Of a DNA stretch of 64,000 nucleotides, positions 47,611 through 60,174 are shown in pieces. Source of the DNA: Prorocentrum cordatum (lineage: Eukaryota); NCBI GenBank assembly GCA_963575745.1, contig CAUYUJ010000017.1, positions 1 to 64,000 on the forward strand, given 5' to 3'. Within the stretch, counting starts at the first letter, position 1, and each line of letters starts with the position of its first letter. Below the pieces are notes generated by a model. It was not told the DNA's origin, did not search any database, and saw only the letters and a program-made list of their open reading frames with translations. A program made the position numbers and the translations under genes.

Positions 47611-49203
47611 AGCGCAGTTGCCAGCGGCGACGGCGGCGACGGTCTGGCGGGCTAGACTGCCGGGGGCGACGGCGGCGGCGACGGCGGCGGCGGGCCGGCA
47701 GGCCAAAAGTTGCCAGCGTTGACGGCGGTGGCGGCGGGCGGCGACGAGCTGGCGGGACCGCTGCTCGGGCTCAGTTACCTTAGAAACCGAATAAGAAACC
47801 TGGTCATCCTCCTCCTCCTCCTCCTCCTGCTCCTTCTCCTCCTCTCCTCCTCCTCGTCCTCGTCCTCCTCCTCCTCCTCGTCCTCGTCCTCCTCCTCCTC
47901 CCCCTCCTCCTCCTCCTCCTCCTCCTCCTCCTCCTCCCTCCTCCTCCTCCTCCTCCTCCTCCTCCGCCTCCTCCTCCTCCTCCTCCTCCTCCTCCTCCTC
48001 CTCCTCCTCCTCCTCCTCCTCCTCCTCCTCCTCCTCCTCCTCCTCCTCCTCCTCCTCCTCCTCCTCCTCCTCCTCCTCCCTCCTCCTTCCTCCTCCTCCT
48101 CCTCCCTCCTCCTCCTCCTCCTCCTCCTCCTCCTCCTCCTCCTCCTCCTCCTCCTCCTCCTCCTCCTCCTCCTCCTCATCCTCCTCCTCCTCCTCCTCCT
48201 CCTCCTCCTCCTCCTCCTCCTCCTCCTCCTCCTCTCCTCCTCCTCCTCCTCCTCCTCCTCCTCCTCCTCCTCCTCCCCCTCCTAGCCCCTTCGATCAGGG
48301 TCGGCGGCACCGGCCGTCAAGGCTCTCCAATAAGAAACCCCAAGTTCAAACACTGTTTGGGTTCTGGATGATCTAAATATGTGTATGTGTGTGCGTATGG
48401 ATATATCAGGTTGCTGCGAGGTCCCATTCTGAATTTCCAAACAGACCTACCCCCCAAATCGCAAATTCAGTAGGGGGGTCCCGCGTGACTCTCGGAGCGC
48501 ACCACATGACTTTTCCAGAATCCAGCAAGAATGTTGTCATTGCCTTCGGCAACAGAGGCAGGAGCACGAACTGCTCCTACGAGCAACCTTGTGCCAAGAT
48601 GGTCCCCGAGACCGGCAAGCGGCCCATAGGGACGCCCGAAAGGCGTCCAAGAGGCCTCTAAGAGGCGCCCAAATGGGCCTTCGAGAGGCCCCCTAAGAGG
48701 CCCCAGCTAGCCGTTTCCAGGCCCCTCAGATGCACCCCGAGAGGCCCCAGTATGCATCCAACAACACCTCGACCCAGAACTCAGGCACGGTGGCGGGTGT
48801 GCCGAAGGCCACCAGACCTGAGGGTCGACGCAGCACATGACAGCACGGCGAGTCTTGCTGTGGAGATACGCATGCAGCGCGGCGAGCTCGGCGAGAGGTT
48901 CGTGCAAAGACAGAGGCCGTGCTTGCAAGGGCGTCGAGGGCCTTCGTGAGCTGGTTCACGTTCACCAGCTCTGATCTGAGATTGACGCCACAGGACAAGA
49001 GGCCAATGTCGCCCAACTGCGCGCGGCCGCCGTCTCGTCCCGCAAGGGGCAGTGAGGATGAGATGGAGGGGGGGAGGTGGAGGAGGGAAGGGACAGAGGG
49101 AGAATGGAGGAACGCAAGCCCAATGAACTCCGTCGAGGAAGAGGTGGAAGCACGAGTTGAAGAGGGAAAGCGGGGAAGCCCCTCAGCCAACGGTCTCTGA
49201 AAG

Positions 49204-49665
49204 TTATCCTGGCGAGGGGCCCAACCATATGCAAGTGTGAATACCGCAAGGCGAGTGGGACGAAGGGTGGGCCCTCTGTGGGGCCATGAATCGTGTGAGG
49301 GGTATGCCGAAGTGGGCGGGGGAACGCATGCGAACTCCGCCGCAGGAGCCTTCGGAGGAGCTCCCCGATGGGGCCACGAAACGTGTGAGAGGTGTGCAAA
49401 ATGGGCGGGGGGACGCATGCGAACCCTGCCTCAGGCGCATTCGGTGCTCCCCCTGGGGCCACGAAACGTCTGAGGGAGGTGCCGAAGTGGGCGGGGGCAC
49501 GCATGCGAATCCTGCCACAGGAGCCTTTGGTGGAGCTCCCCCTGGGGCCACGAAACGTGTGAAGGTTGTGTCGAGATTGGAGGAGGGAGGGGGAAAAAGA
49601 GGGAGTGACGCGGGCGCTCTCTCTTCAAAACGAGGACCCAGCACCGCAGGGCGGCTGGGAACAAT
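49204..49665 (+). repeat. Family M element carrying an ~88-bp minisatellite; related pieces 59133-59265 and 63868-64000
   Basis: Units begin GGGGCCACGAAACG at 49280, 49370, 49455 and 49544. Shares its left end TTATCCTGGCGA.GG.CCCAACCATATGCA with 59133. Confidence 0.8.
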
Positions 49666-52600
49666 CAAGCTGTCAGAGGTCTGGGCCCCACTCAGGGATG
49701 AGAGGCGACGCCCTGTGACCATCGTGTCTCTCTTACGCCATACACATACACTTTTGGCGCTCCGCGTGAATCTCTTGGATCTGCGCTGGACCCCCCTCCC
49801 TGGCGCGCGGAGCGCGCCAGGGGCGGCGCCGCAGGCGCCGCCTAGGGGGGCCCCAGCGCGGGTCCAAGAAACCCGCGCGGAGCGCCAAAAGTTTATGCTT
49901 ATGGGCCATAAACAGAAACTTTTGGCGCTTGTGGCTCTGAAGCGCTACAAATGATGGCGTTCGTTGTTCTCTCTATCGATCCTTGTCGACTCGAGGGGCG
50001 ACGCGCTGGGGCCGGGCTCGGGGCGAGAGGCCCCTCCCGAGCTCCGGGGTGCTGGGGCCTGCCCCCCCCCCGCCCACCCCCCCCCCTTCCCCTCTGAGCA
50101 GGGACGGACCGTCCCGGCATTCCTATAGTCCTGCCACGAAATGTTCTCAGAACCCCAAAAATGTCCTAAGAACAAAAACACTGTTCTCAGAACAGTAACC
50201 CGATGTGGTAAACCAAGGCAGTCCCAACCAGAAACATGTTCTAAGAACATGTCGTGGAAACCACAAAAAAAACTTAGAACCTTGTTTGGTAGGGCTACAG
50301 GCGAGCCGGGACGCTTCGCCACTGCTTGATCCCTGCGACGCCGCTGGGGCCTCGGCCGCCCGGCATCCTCTCTCTGATCGGGGAGCCGCCAGGCCCCGCC
50401 CGCCGCCCGGGCCAGCACCTCCCCAGGCGACACGGTCAGCCCTTGCAGTGAGGATGCGCGATGGGGATGCAAGGGCCTCGGGAGGCCCTCTCGAGGCTTT
50501 CCGAGCGGGCCGCGGCCGACGAAAGTGGCCAGGGGTGGGCCGAGGAAGCAGGGATGCAAGAGGGTAGCCTTGGGCAGGATGCCCATCCTCCTTGCGCGGG
50601 TTGGCTGTGCTCCTCGACCAAAAAAAAATACGATGCGGGTCGGGCAGGGGACAAAAAGCAGCGTGCACTGGCGGGTGGGGGAACAATCGAGAGCCGCTCC
50701 TCGGCGTGAGGAGCCACCTACCACATGTACTGGATCATTTCTTTATTAGGCAGCAATGAGGACCACTTCGTGAAACCTAGAAAAGACAAGACGACATAAA
50801 CATTAAACTTTCAGCGCTCCGCGCGGATTTCATGGATCCGCGCTGGACCCCCCTCCCTGGAGCGAGGAGCGCACCAGGGGCGGCGCCAGAGGCGCCGCCA
50901 GCGGGGGGCCCAGCGCGGATTCAAGACATCGGCGCGGAGCGCCAAAAGTTTACGTTTGATGGCGCTTTCTCTGCTTCGACAACCGACCCCCCCCTCTCTC
51001 TGAAGGGGCCCTGGGACACACAAGTAAATACACACAAATCACAGGATCCCCCATATTTCCCATATTTTCTGGGTTTGTGTCTTCCCCCCCACTCCCCATA
51101 TTTTACATATCTTCGGGGGAATCCACGATGAATCGTGTCTGTGTGTTTTTGTTCCCTCCTAACTCTCGTTCGGCGGCCGCAAGGACACGGAGCGGCGGTC
51201 GAGCTGCGCTGGGGCACACCCGAAAGCAGACCTCGAGGCACGAGAGGCCCCGGGGGAGGCGCCGCCCCCTCCAACGGGGCAGCTTCGGCTCCGCGGCTCG
51301 CCGGCGCCAGAGATCGGCGGTGGATAAACCTCCCTTCAGTAAACCTCCCTTTAGTGAAAACGGGATGGGACCGAAACCGACGGACTTGGACCCGCAAAAA
51401 TGACGGCCGCGACGCCCTCTCTTGCACCGAAAACGGCCAATTCGCTAGTCGACGTGTCAGGGTAGGAGGTCTGGCCCCCCCCGAAGAGAGGACGAGGCGG
51501 GAGGAGGAGCTGGCGCCGGAGTGGGGTCGGAGCAGAGCTCGGCGGCGAGCGAGGGGGGGGAAGTGAGGAGGAGGTTTTCTTCGGGTCTCAGGAGGCAGCT
51601 CTTCTTCGGACGCTCTCGTCTGTCCTCTGCGGTTTTCCAGCCTCGGGATGCCTGCGGGCAGCTGCGCCTCGCCAAAGGCGTTGCGGGGGTGCCCGCATCG
51701 TCCCGAACGGCCGCCGGAGAACGAGCTGTGGCCCCGAAGCCAACTTCGGCGGCGCGCCCGGGCGGGGGGGAGTGAGAAGGAGAAGGCCTTCTCAGAGGGC
51801 GGCGGGGCTTCTCAGAAGCCCTCAGGCCCTCTGAGAAATGGTCCGCGTCTTTGGCGGAGCCTTACGAAACTTCTCCGAAGGCCGGGGGACTTCCGAGCTT
51901 TCTGAGAAGGCCCGCGCCCTCTCACTTCCCCCCCGGGCGCGCCGCCGAAGATTGGGTCGATCGCGCCGCATCGCAAACGCACCAGCGACGTCGAGATGGA
52001 TGTGCTCGGGTTCTGGCTCGCCTCGCATCGCTGATGCGTCGGCGATGCAGCGTAACAATTCGACCCCATCTGCTCCACCTCCGTCCAGTCGGCCTGGAGC
52101 ATCTGCGGGGCACCGAGGAAAGGACGAGGCACGTGGCTGGCCGGGCTCTGTGTCCCTCACCCCCGTTCGCCAGCGTGACCCTGCGCAGGGTTGCAACTGA
52201 CGGTCCATCTCTGCATGCATCGCTAAAGCGCGCACATGCTCTTCTCAACTGCAATCCTGAGTATAGTGATATGTTTATTTATCCCTCCCTCTCTATGTGT
52301 AGATACGTGTGTCTGTATATGTATATATAGATATACATTTATCTATGCCCTGAGCTCTTTATAAAGCCGCAATCTTCCCCGCTTCGAGTGAGTCAATTGT
52401 CATGGTAGATCGGACTCAACATCACGAGCGGCCTCCATAATCGCGTACTTCGATGACAAGAACCGGTCCCTTCCCACCACATGGATTGCCAGGAGCCGCC
52501 AATGATACAAATAAGCAGCTAGAGGCACGAATGTACTGAACATTCGGGTGTGCTGTAAGACATCAAGAACGAATCAGCAATTTGATGCGGGCATGTGGGC

Positions 52601-53889
52601 AAACAAGGCTTAGCATGAATGCGGAATGGCACGACGACCTGCACAAACACTTTGGCGCGAACGTGAGCCACACATGGGAATTCTGATCGAGCTGGAAAAC
52701 AAGGGACTACTCGGGGTGATTGCGCGGCTACGTGTGTGTAGAGATCTCACTTTCGCGAGCGATCGCCATAACACTCTCCAAATCCCACAAGCCCTCTGGG
52801 CGTAGGTGGCCAAATGATATGCTCCTGTCCTCTTCCGAACCCCCTCTTCGCTTCGGAGAGGCCTCCCTGAGGTTGTTTTGCCCCTGCCCCCCGCGATGTT
52901 TCAGAGGGTCCTTTTGGCCTGGGATGGCTCCAAGATGGTCTTCGATGCTCCAAGATGGCCTCCGAGATGGCTCGAGATAGCCAAGGGTGGTTTAAGATAG
53001 CCTGTGTCATGCCTCCAAGAGGCCTCAAGCGAGCCTTCAGATGGTTCCAAGTGCTCCTGGAGCCCTCCAAAGACCACCGTAAGAGCCCCAAATCCTCCCA
53101 ACACCGACGGACAAGTAATGTGTTGTACATTCTCGCCGTTTCGCTTCTTGTGGGCTTCTGAGGCCTCAAGATGGCCCAAACTGCCCAAAGAGGGCCCCAA
53201 TAGTGGCCCAAGATACCCACAGCCCCAACTTGAGCGCCCCAAGAAGCGATCTCGATGGTCCCAGAAGGTGGGAGGGGGGGAATTCGAGGACCCCCCCTTT
53301 TTTGATCAACGCCCTCCAAGATGGCCCAAATAAGCTCTTCAGGGCCCCCAAGAACCCCCCATGAGGGCCGCAATATCTTCCAATAGAGCTCCAAGAATGC
53401 AACATAACTGAAAGAGGGTACCAAGAGGGCCCAGAGAGAGTCTCAAGAGAACTCCAAGAGGGCCCCAAGCAAACCCTAAGATGGCTGTCAGCGTCCACAT
53501 CCTCGTCCACTTTTTCTGGTACTTCTCATCTTCTCTCCTCTTCCTCCTCGTCCTCGTGCTGCTTTTTTTCCTCTTCCTCATCTTCCTCCTCCTCCTCCTC
53601 CTCCTCGTGCTCGTCCTTGTCGTCGTCCTCCTTGTGCCAAGCATCGTCCCCGCAAGGGGATCGGTGGGGATACGCGAGAAGCGTTCAGAATCCAGCCTTG
53701 GTGCTGCAACTGCTTGGCCGCGATCGCACACACTCTGCTGCGATGCCTCCTCCTTTCTGCCATTCCTTCGCCGCTTTCGGCCATACGCAAGAGCGACCCT
53801 GGGTAAGCGTGACCTCTGGTGCGCGGCTTCTTGGGGGGCCGCGGGGGATCAAGCCTGGGCGCGCAACCAGCTGCTACAGTGAGCGGCTT

Positions 53890-54100
53890 GAATAAGGAAC
53901 ACTTACTACAGTTATGTTATTTGCATGCGTTATTTACAGTTCCTTATGCATGCGTTATTTACAGTTCCTTATGCGTTAAGGAACCAGCGGCTTGCATGCG
54001 TTATTTACAGTTCCTTATGCGTTATTTGTTATTTATCGTTCCTTATGCGTTATTCCTTGGGATAAAAAAGGGGCTTCGTTCCTTATTTATCGTTCCTTAG
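53890..54100. repeat. AT-rich ~25-bp tandem repeat TGCATGCGTTATTTACAGTTCCTTA
   Basis: Three near-perfect copies plus degenerate ones. Confidence 0.85.
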
Positions 54101-57100
54101 ATCAACGCCTCGACTGTACTGCTTCGCCTTCGGCCATCTGGGGACTCGGCTGTGCCCGCAGCAACAGCTCACTCCGGCGAAAGGTCACTCTTGCGTCTCG
54201 TCGCCGCTCGCCTGCCGCCAGAGGTGGCAGGCCAGGCCCCGCCCGGCATCCCTTCCCACTGCGGTCTCGAGCGGCTGCTGCCCCCCCCCCCCCTTGCCGG
54301 AGCCACGGAGTGTCCGACGGCGGCCCGCCGGAGGAGGAAGGATACTTATTACAGAGGTGGTATTCATTGAGCGAGACACCGCGCAGCAGAGAGGGAGACG
54401 GAGAGACCAGGACATCGACGGAAGGAGAGAGAGAGAGAGAGAGAGGATCGAGCCCAGAGAACACACAAATGGCACATTTCAGGGAGACAAGGGGGGGAAG
54501 AGAGAAAATGAGACTCCGCCGACCCTGTCGGCGTGCGGGAGACGCTTTTCCATCTTCCCCACAGCGTCGTGGCCTCTTCTGCTTTCCGAGGGTTCCCTAC
54601 ACAAGTCCACACAACAATTGAACAAAGTCGTCCTTCAGTCGAAGGGAAGATCCCTTCTCTGCCGGGGGGGGGGGGGGTCCCGGGGGGAGGTCCTGGGGCG
54701 ACTCCTCGGGGTGGTCCCCCCTCGGATACGCAGCCCCGCACCCCTCATCATCCTGCGCCCTGGGGTTCCATTGGCCCTCCGGGGCCGTCTGCGGGCCCTT
54801 TCAGCCTATCTTAAGGCTCCTTGGAGACCTTTCGTCATTCTGAGACTCTCTTGGCAGCCTCTGGCGACACTCTTGACAGCCTCTGCGGGCGCTCTCGGAC
54901 CTCGCTTCGCTTGACGCCGTCTTGGAACCCTCTCGGGCCACTTAAGGGCGCTCTTTGCCTATCTTGGCACTCTCTGGAGCCGTTCCCGAACCCTGGAGGA
55001 GGCCTCTGGAGCTGTCCTCGAACGACTTTGCAAGCATCTGGCGCCGTCTTGAGCCATCTGACGGCATCTTGAACTAATATACCTCCATTGTCTTCGTCGT
55101 CGCTGCCTCCAGGGTCGGCGGCATCGGCCGTAAGGCCTTCGCAATAAGAGAACCACAAGCAAACATAAACACACAACATATGGACATGCACGTATGTTTC
55201 TCTTCCTCTCAACATAATTATACGCATGTTCATGTGTTCACGTGCAAATGCGATGGGTAGATATAATCCTACACACAAGGCAACTCAACCATATATTCTC
55301 AAACATATACATATATATATACCTATACGACCACCCTGCGGGTGATATGGAGGTTGTGGGGGGGTGGGGGGAGGGGGGTGGCTCATGACGACAACTGTGT
55401 TGAACGTGGTGCTGATGGGCGATGATGGTGTGGATGACGTGGCGGATTTGTTTGTTCCTTCGCTTGGGCGATTTGTGTCGTTCGGTTGTTCGCTGCGCGA
55501 CGCGGCATTCAGCCGACGACGTGAATGTGGGATCGATGGTGAGATCGATTATGAGACCGAATGTGGGATCGATGGTGAGATCGATAGTGAGATCGATAGT
55601 GAGACCGAATGCGAGACCGAGTGTGCGATCGATCTCACTATCGATCTCACGACAGGACACCGATGGGACACCGACGGGACACCGACGGGACAACGGCGAG
55701 CCACCGACGGGACAATGCGGGCCCCCGCTTGACAAGGCCGGAGGGGGAAACATTTGTGTTGGCGGACCCCTAGCGACAGCATAATGAATTCCTCTCGCCC
55801 GCCCACGCAGCTTCGCCTCGCACGCACGCACGGCACGAGCACGAACTCGAAACTCGACTTCCCGGTGGGGGGACTCCGTTACACTGCGATCTCACCCCCC
55901 AACCTCCGATATGTATATATATATATATATATATGTATACACACAAGACTGCATTGGCGCTTCGCGCCATGCACCTTGGTCCTTGAGGCTTGTCGGGCGG
56001 TCCCTGGCCCTTCACAGGCCTCTGGGGGCTTCCGAAAGGCGCCGGGTGGACGGCGAAGGATAGGAGGGAGGGAATCTCGGAGAGCGAGGAAAGGAAGCGG
56101 ATGTGGGGGAGGACGAGTGGTGGAGCGGCAGGAAGAAGAGGAGGAGGATGGCGCCGTCGGGGGACGGCGAAGAATGTTGCAGCGGGTTGGAGCGGGTAGC
56201 AACGGGGCACGCGAACGCTAGTCATTCTTAGTGAATGCACCCGATCCCAGGTTCGCAACAGATTTCTGGGATTTGTGGTTGCGAGCCCGGGTTTCGGGTC
56301 AGTTTGGTGGAAAACGCCGTGTGGGCCTGGTTGGAGCCCTGGTGGACCGGCCGGGTTGGGGCCGTCTGGAGCCGTCTTCGGGCCGTCCTGGGCCGTGTTG
56401 GGGAGCTTGGGCCATCTAGGGACCTTACGGGGGCTACGTAAGCCCTCCTGTTGGCCTCCCATGGCCTTTTGGGGGGCCTCCCATGGCCTTCTTGGGCTTC
56501 TCTTGGGGGCCTTGTGAAGCCATGTTAGGCCTTTTTTTGGCTCATGTGGGGTTTCCTTGGGCAGTCTTGGGGCCATCCAGGCCGTCTAGAAGCTCTCTTG
56601 GGGGTCTCTTGGACCGTCTTGGGGCGATGCTGGAGGCCTTCTTGGCTGCTGTAGACGCTGCTAAGACCCGAACAGCGAATGTGCTGAAAATGCACGTTTC
56701 TCCAAGGGAATGAAGCGATGTTTGCGTTCTCCAGAGGTCCTCTGGGTCCTTCTTGGAGCGCTCTTGTGCTGTCTTGGGTTTTTCTTCGGCCTATCTGATC
56801 ACTGCTCTGAGCGCTTCAGGGCCTTGTGAGGGCCTCTTGGGCCACTTTTTGGCTCATTTGTGGATTCCTTGGGCAGTCTTCGAGCCATCCAGGCCGTCTA
56901 GACGCTCTATTGGGGGTCTTTTGGGCCGTCTTGGGGCGATCTCATCCTCCTGTTTGGCTGTCTGGACGCTGCTAAGACCCGAACAGCGAATGTGCTGAAA
57001 ATGCACGTTTCGCCAATGGGGAATGAAGCGATTTTCTGCGTTCTGGGGGCCCTGGTGAGGGCCTCCTGGCTGTCTTGGGGGGCCTCTGGAGGCCCTCGGG

Positions 57101-59929
57101 GTCCTTCTTGAAGCGCTCTTGTGCTGTCTTGGGTCTTTCTTCGGCCTCTCTGATCACCGCTCTGATCGCTTGGGGCCTGCTGGCAGGACCCTGCTAAGCG
57201 CCCTGGGGGGTCCAGGACGAGCCGGGGGACCTGTGGAAAGGATGTCCAGGGGGCCCAGAAACCCGCGATCCTAGGGGTCCAGTTGGGAGGGGGGGGGGCC
57301 CTCACCCTCCCCGGCTTGCAAACATATAAGAAGAGGAAGGGATACAGGTTATACCCACGGGTACGCATACGTGAGAGAGCTATAGAGAGACAGAGGGAGG
57401 GATGTGTATCGAACTACCAAACGAGTCGTTGCTACCTCCCGTCTGGCATACCCCCTTCTTCACTCGAGTCTCCATGAGCTTCCTCTCGCCCCAACATCAG
57501 ATGGGCGATGCGGACGTCTTTCTGCGTGCACGCCCTCCACCAAGCGACGGGATCGCACAGATACCACGAGCGCTACGGCGCCGGCTGGCAACGATCGCTC
57601 GAACCCAAGAGCAACCGCCCCGCGACGACACGGAACACATCCTGCCCCGCCCCCTCCACAAGTTGGGCGCCCTGTTCTTCCGATAGACCAGGAGCTCGAC
57701 CCCGTGCCCCTGCCGCAGCCGCGCTCTTGTGCGGCCCACCGGCGCAGAAAATGCGAAGGGGGCAACGAGGATGCCGAATGGCGTCCGCCCGTCGAAGGGC
57801 CTGCTCCTGCTGGGGCAAGAGAGGCTCCCTGGGGCACAAGCAAGGAGCAGGGGCAAGGCGAGCAGGGATGCGGAAACTCAGTGGCGATGTGTTCGAGCGA
57901 CCACGGCGTGCCAGATTTTGGGGGGCCCACGCCACGAACAAGTCGTGCCGTCGAAGGTCAGAGCGAGCAGACGTGAAGACCAGGAACGACTGCCGACGAC
58001 GCGCGCCCGACTCGGTGGCTGCTCCACGTTCGGCATGCGAATACCCAAGCGGAAGGACGAGCCCCCCCTCGCCCCGAGACCCTGAACGACACGGGCAGAG
58101 GGAAGGCACGGCCACGACACGGCACGGCGCAGCACCACCCAGCCGACCCCACGAGCTGGACGCACGACACGCCCACGTCTGGGCCGCCACGGGTTTAGAG
58201 GCCTCCCAGATGGGGTCCGATCAAATGGGATCGGATTGGCGAAGCATCGCCGATGCATCGGCGATGCGTCGGCGCCGTCGGCGTGGATAAAATCGGGCTC
58301 CACATCGAGCCACATCCCCGACGCACCGGCGATACGGCGCGATCCTGCGACCCCATCTGCTCGGATCCCGCCTGGGAAGCCTAGAACTTTACACACCGCA
58401 GTGTTGCGCCGCGAGGTGCTCCGCCAATGCCCACCCGCACCCCCTCGAACCACAGGTCCTTCCGCTCTGTCGCCCCGCGCCCGAGGCTACACGCTGGAGG
58501 CTGCGCTGCCACCCCGCCCGAGCAGCAGGGGCTGGCAACTCTCTGCGCCCTCCTCGCATGCTCTTCCGCCCCCTGGCGGCACTGGCTGCTCTGGAGAACG
58601 GGAATCGGCTACACTTTTTTGGTCTGCGGGGCGAGAGCGAACCTCTTCCGGTAAAAGCTAGGCGGGCTACGCACAGCTCTAATTGGGGAGACAGGGCACA
58701 GGCGGGCGGGGCCTCAGGCGGCCGGAGGGCGGGCCGGGGTGGGGAATCGGCTACACGTAGGGGTGACATGTGGCAAGAGAGTGAGCTTGAGTGCGTGGCT
58801 TTCGGGGGCAGCGGGGTGGCCAAGCAGAAGCGCGCAGGCCGAGTGCTGGGCGGACCCCTGCATCGGGGGGGGGGGCGGCAATGGGGGGTGGCCCGCAGGT
58901 GGGGTGAAGCACAGGGCCCTACAGGGGCCCCAGGACACACAAATAAATGCACACAAATAAAAATACTCGCCGTACTTAGTTTCTTACTTTTTTTCTGGGT
59001 TTCTGCCTTCCCCCCCACTTCCCATGTTTTCCTATATTTTCCTGGGGAATCGAGGATTCATTGTGTCTGTGTGTTTCTTTTCCTCCTGAAGGGGCCCTTT
59101 GGGGCCCCTTTTTGGGCACCAGCTGGCTCTAATTATCCTGGCGAAGGACCCAACCATATGCAGTTGTGAGTATCGCAATTGTGAATATCTTCTTCGGTGG
59201 CGCTCCCTATGGGGCCACGAACCGCATGAGGGGTGTGCCGAAATGTGGCGGGGCACACAACGCAAAGGAATACGATAGGTCTGATTACGAAAGAAAGAAC
59301 GCGGGTGAGTCAGAGCGCGAGGGAATCTGAGCATGAATGGGTCTGCGCGCGAATGAATATATTTGCATGAATGCGATCATGGAAACGCCTAGTGTAAGTG
59401 TATATGAATGTGAATGGTTCGAACATGCCTGTCCGAACACACGTGACACTGGGCGTGGCCGCCGCAGGCAGCTTCCGCGGGAACCCCGACGGCAGCGTCC
59501 GCACGTCGCGACGCCCATGTCGGCACGCCTCTTGCGAGGATCGCGCCCGCTTTCGGCTCTTCTTTTCCTTCCTCTTTGCCCGCGCACTCCAAAATCCAAG
59601 GCTGCGGGCGCGGCGCAGCGCGGAGTCCCCGCGACGCGCGCTGGTCGCCCCGGGCGGGGTCCCAGCGACGCGCGCGGGTCGTCCGCTGCGCGAAGCAGAG
59701 AGAGCTGACTAGCTAACTGGCTGGCTGATAGCGGGCAAGTCTCTGACCGCTGGGCAGAGCGACGACGGGCGAACGAGGCGCCGGGCCCCCCGCAGCACGG
59801 AGTTCCCGCGACGCGCGCTGGTCGCCCCGAGAGGGTCCCAGCGACGCGCGCGGGTCGTCCGCGGCGCGAGGCCAAACAATTAGTCGGGCAGTCGAGAGAA
59901 GGCGCAGCTCGGGGGAGACGCTCCTCAGG

Positions 59930-60172
59930 TCAGGCCTCGCGGATGAACTCGGTGAAGCCGAGCTCCCTGGCGAGGGCCGTCGCTTCCCTCCTGCACCGCT
60001 TCGTGCGCGCAGCAAACTGCTCCAGCTGCTTCCGCAAGCCCTGCGGCGGCCCTGCCATGAAGAACTCGATGCGCGGCGCCCGCATGAGCAGGAGGTCCTC
60101 GTGGCGCGTGGCGCGCGAGAGCAGCGCGTAGAGCTCCAGCCACCAGTCGTCGTCCTCCTTCTTGCCGTTCCC
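59930..60172 (-). CDS. Pif1-like helicase segment with motif VI (LYALLSRAT) and C-terminus
   Basis: Core of track ORF 59930..60202, strongly GC3-biased, ends at TGA. Confidence 0.72.
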   Translation of the reverse strand, partial: GNGKKEDDDWWLELYALLSRATRHEDLLLMRAPRIEFFMAGPPQGLRKQLEQFAARTKRCRREATALARELGFTEFIREA

Positions 60173-60174
60173 TA

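Noticed and set aside
48780..49045. Coding-like minus-strand stretch; similar weak signals at 25990-26360, 52380-52745 and 57490-57720
   Set aside because: No recognisable motif, an apparent frameshift, and no consistent splice partners. Too weak to call without a homology search.
38620..59936. Splicing the helicase segment (GAG|GC at 59936) to the candidate exon at 38620
   Set aside because: It is in frame but needs a 21-kb intron. The helicase has a stop two codons later, and a nearer donor at 39260 fits the 38620 exon equally well.
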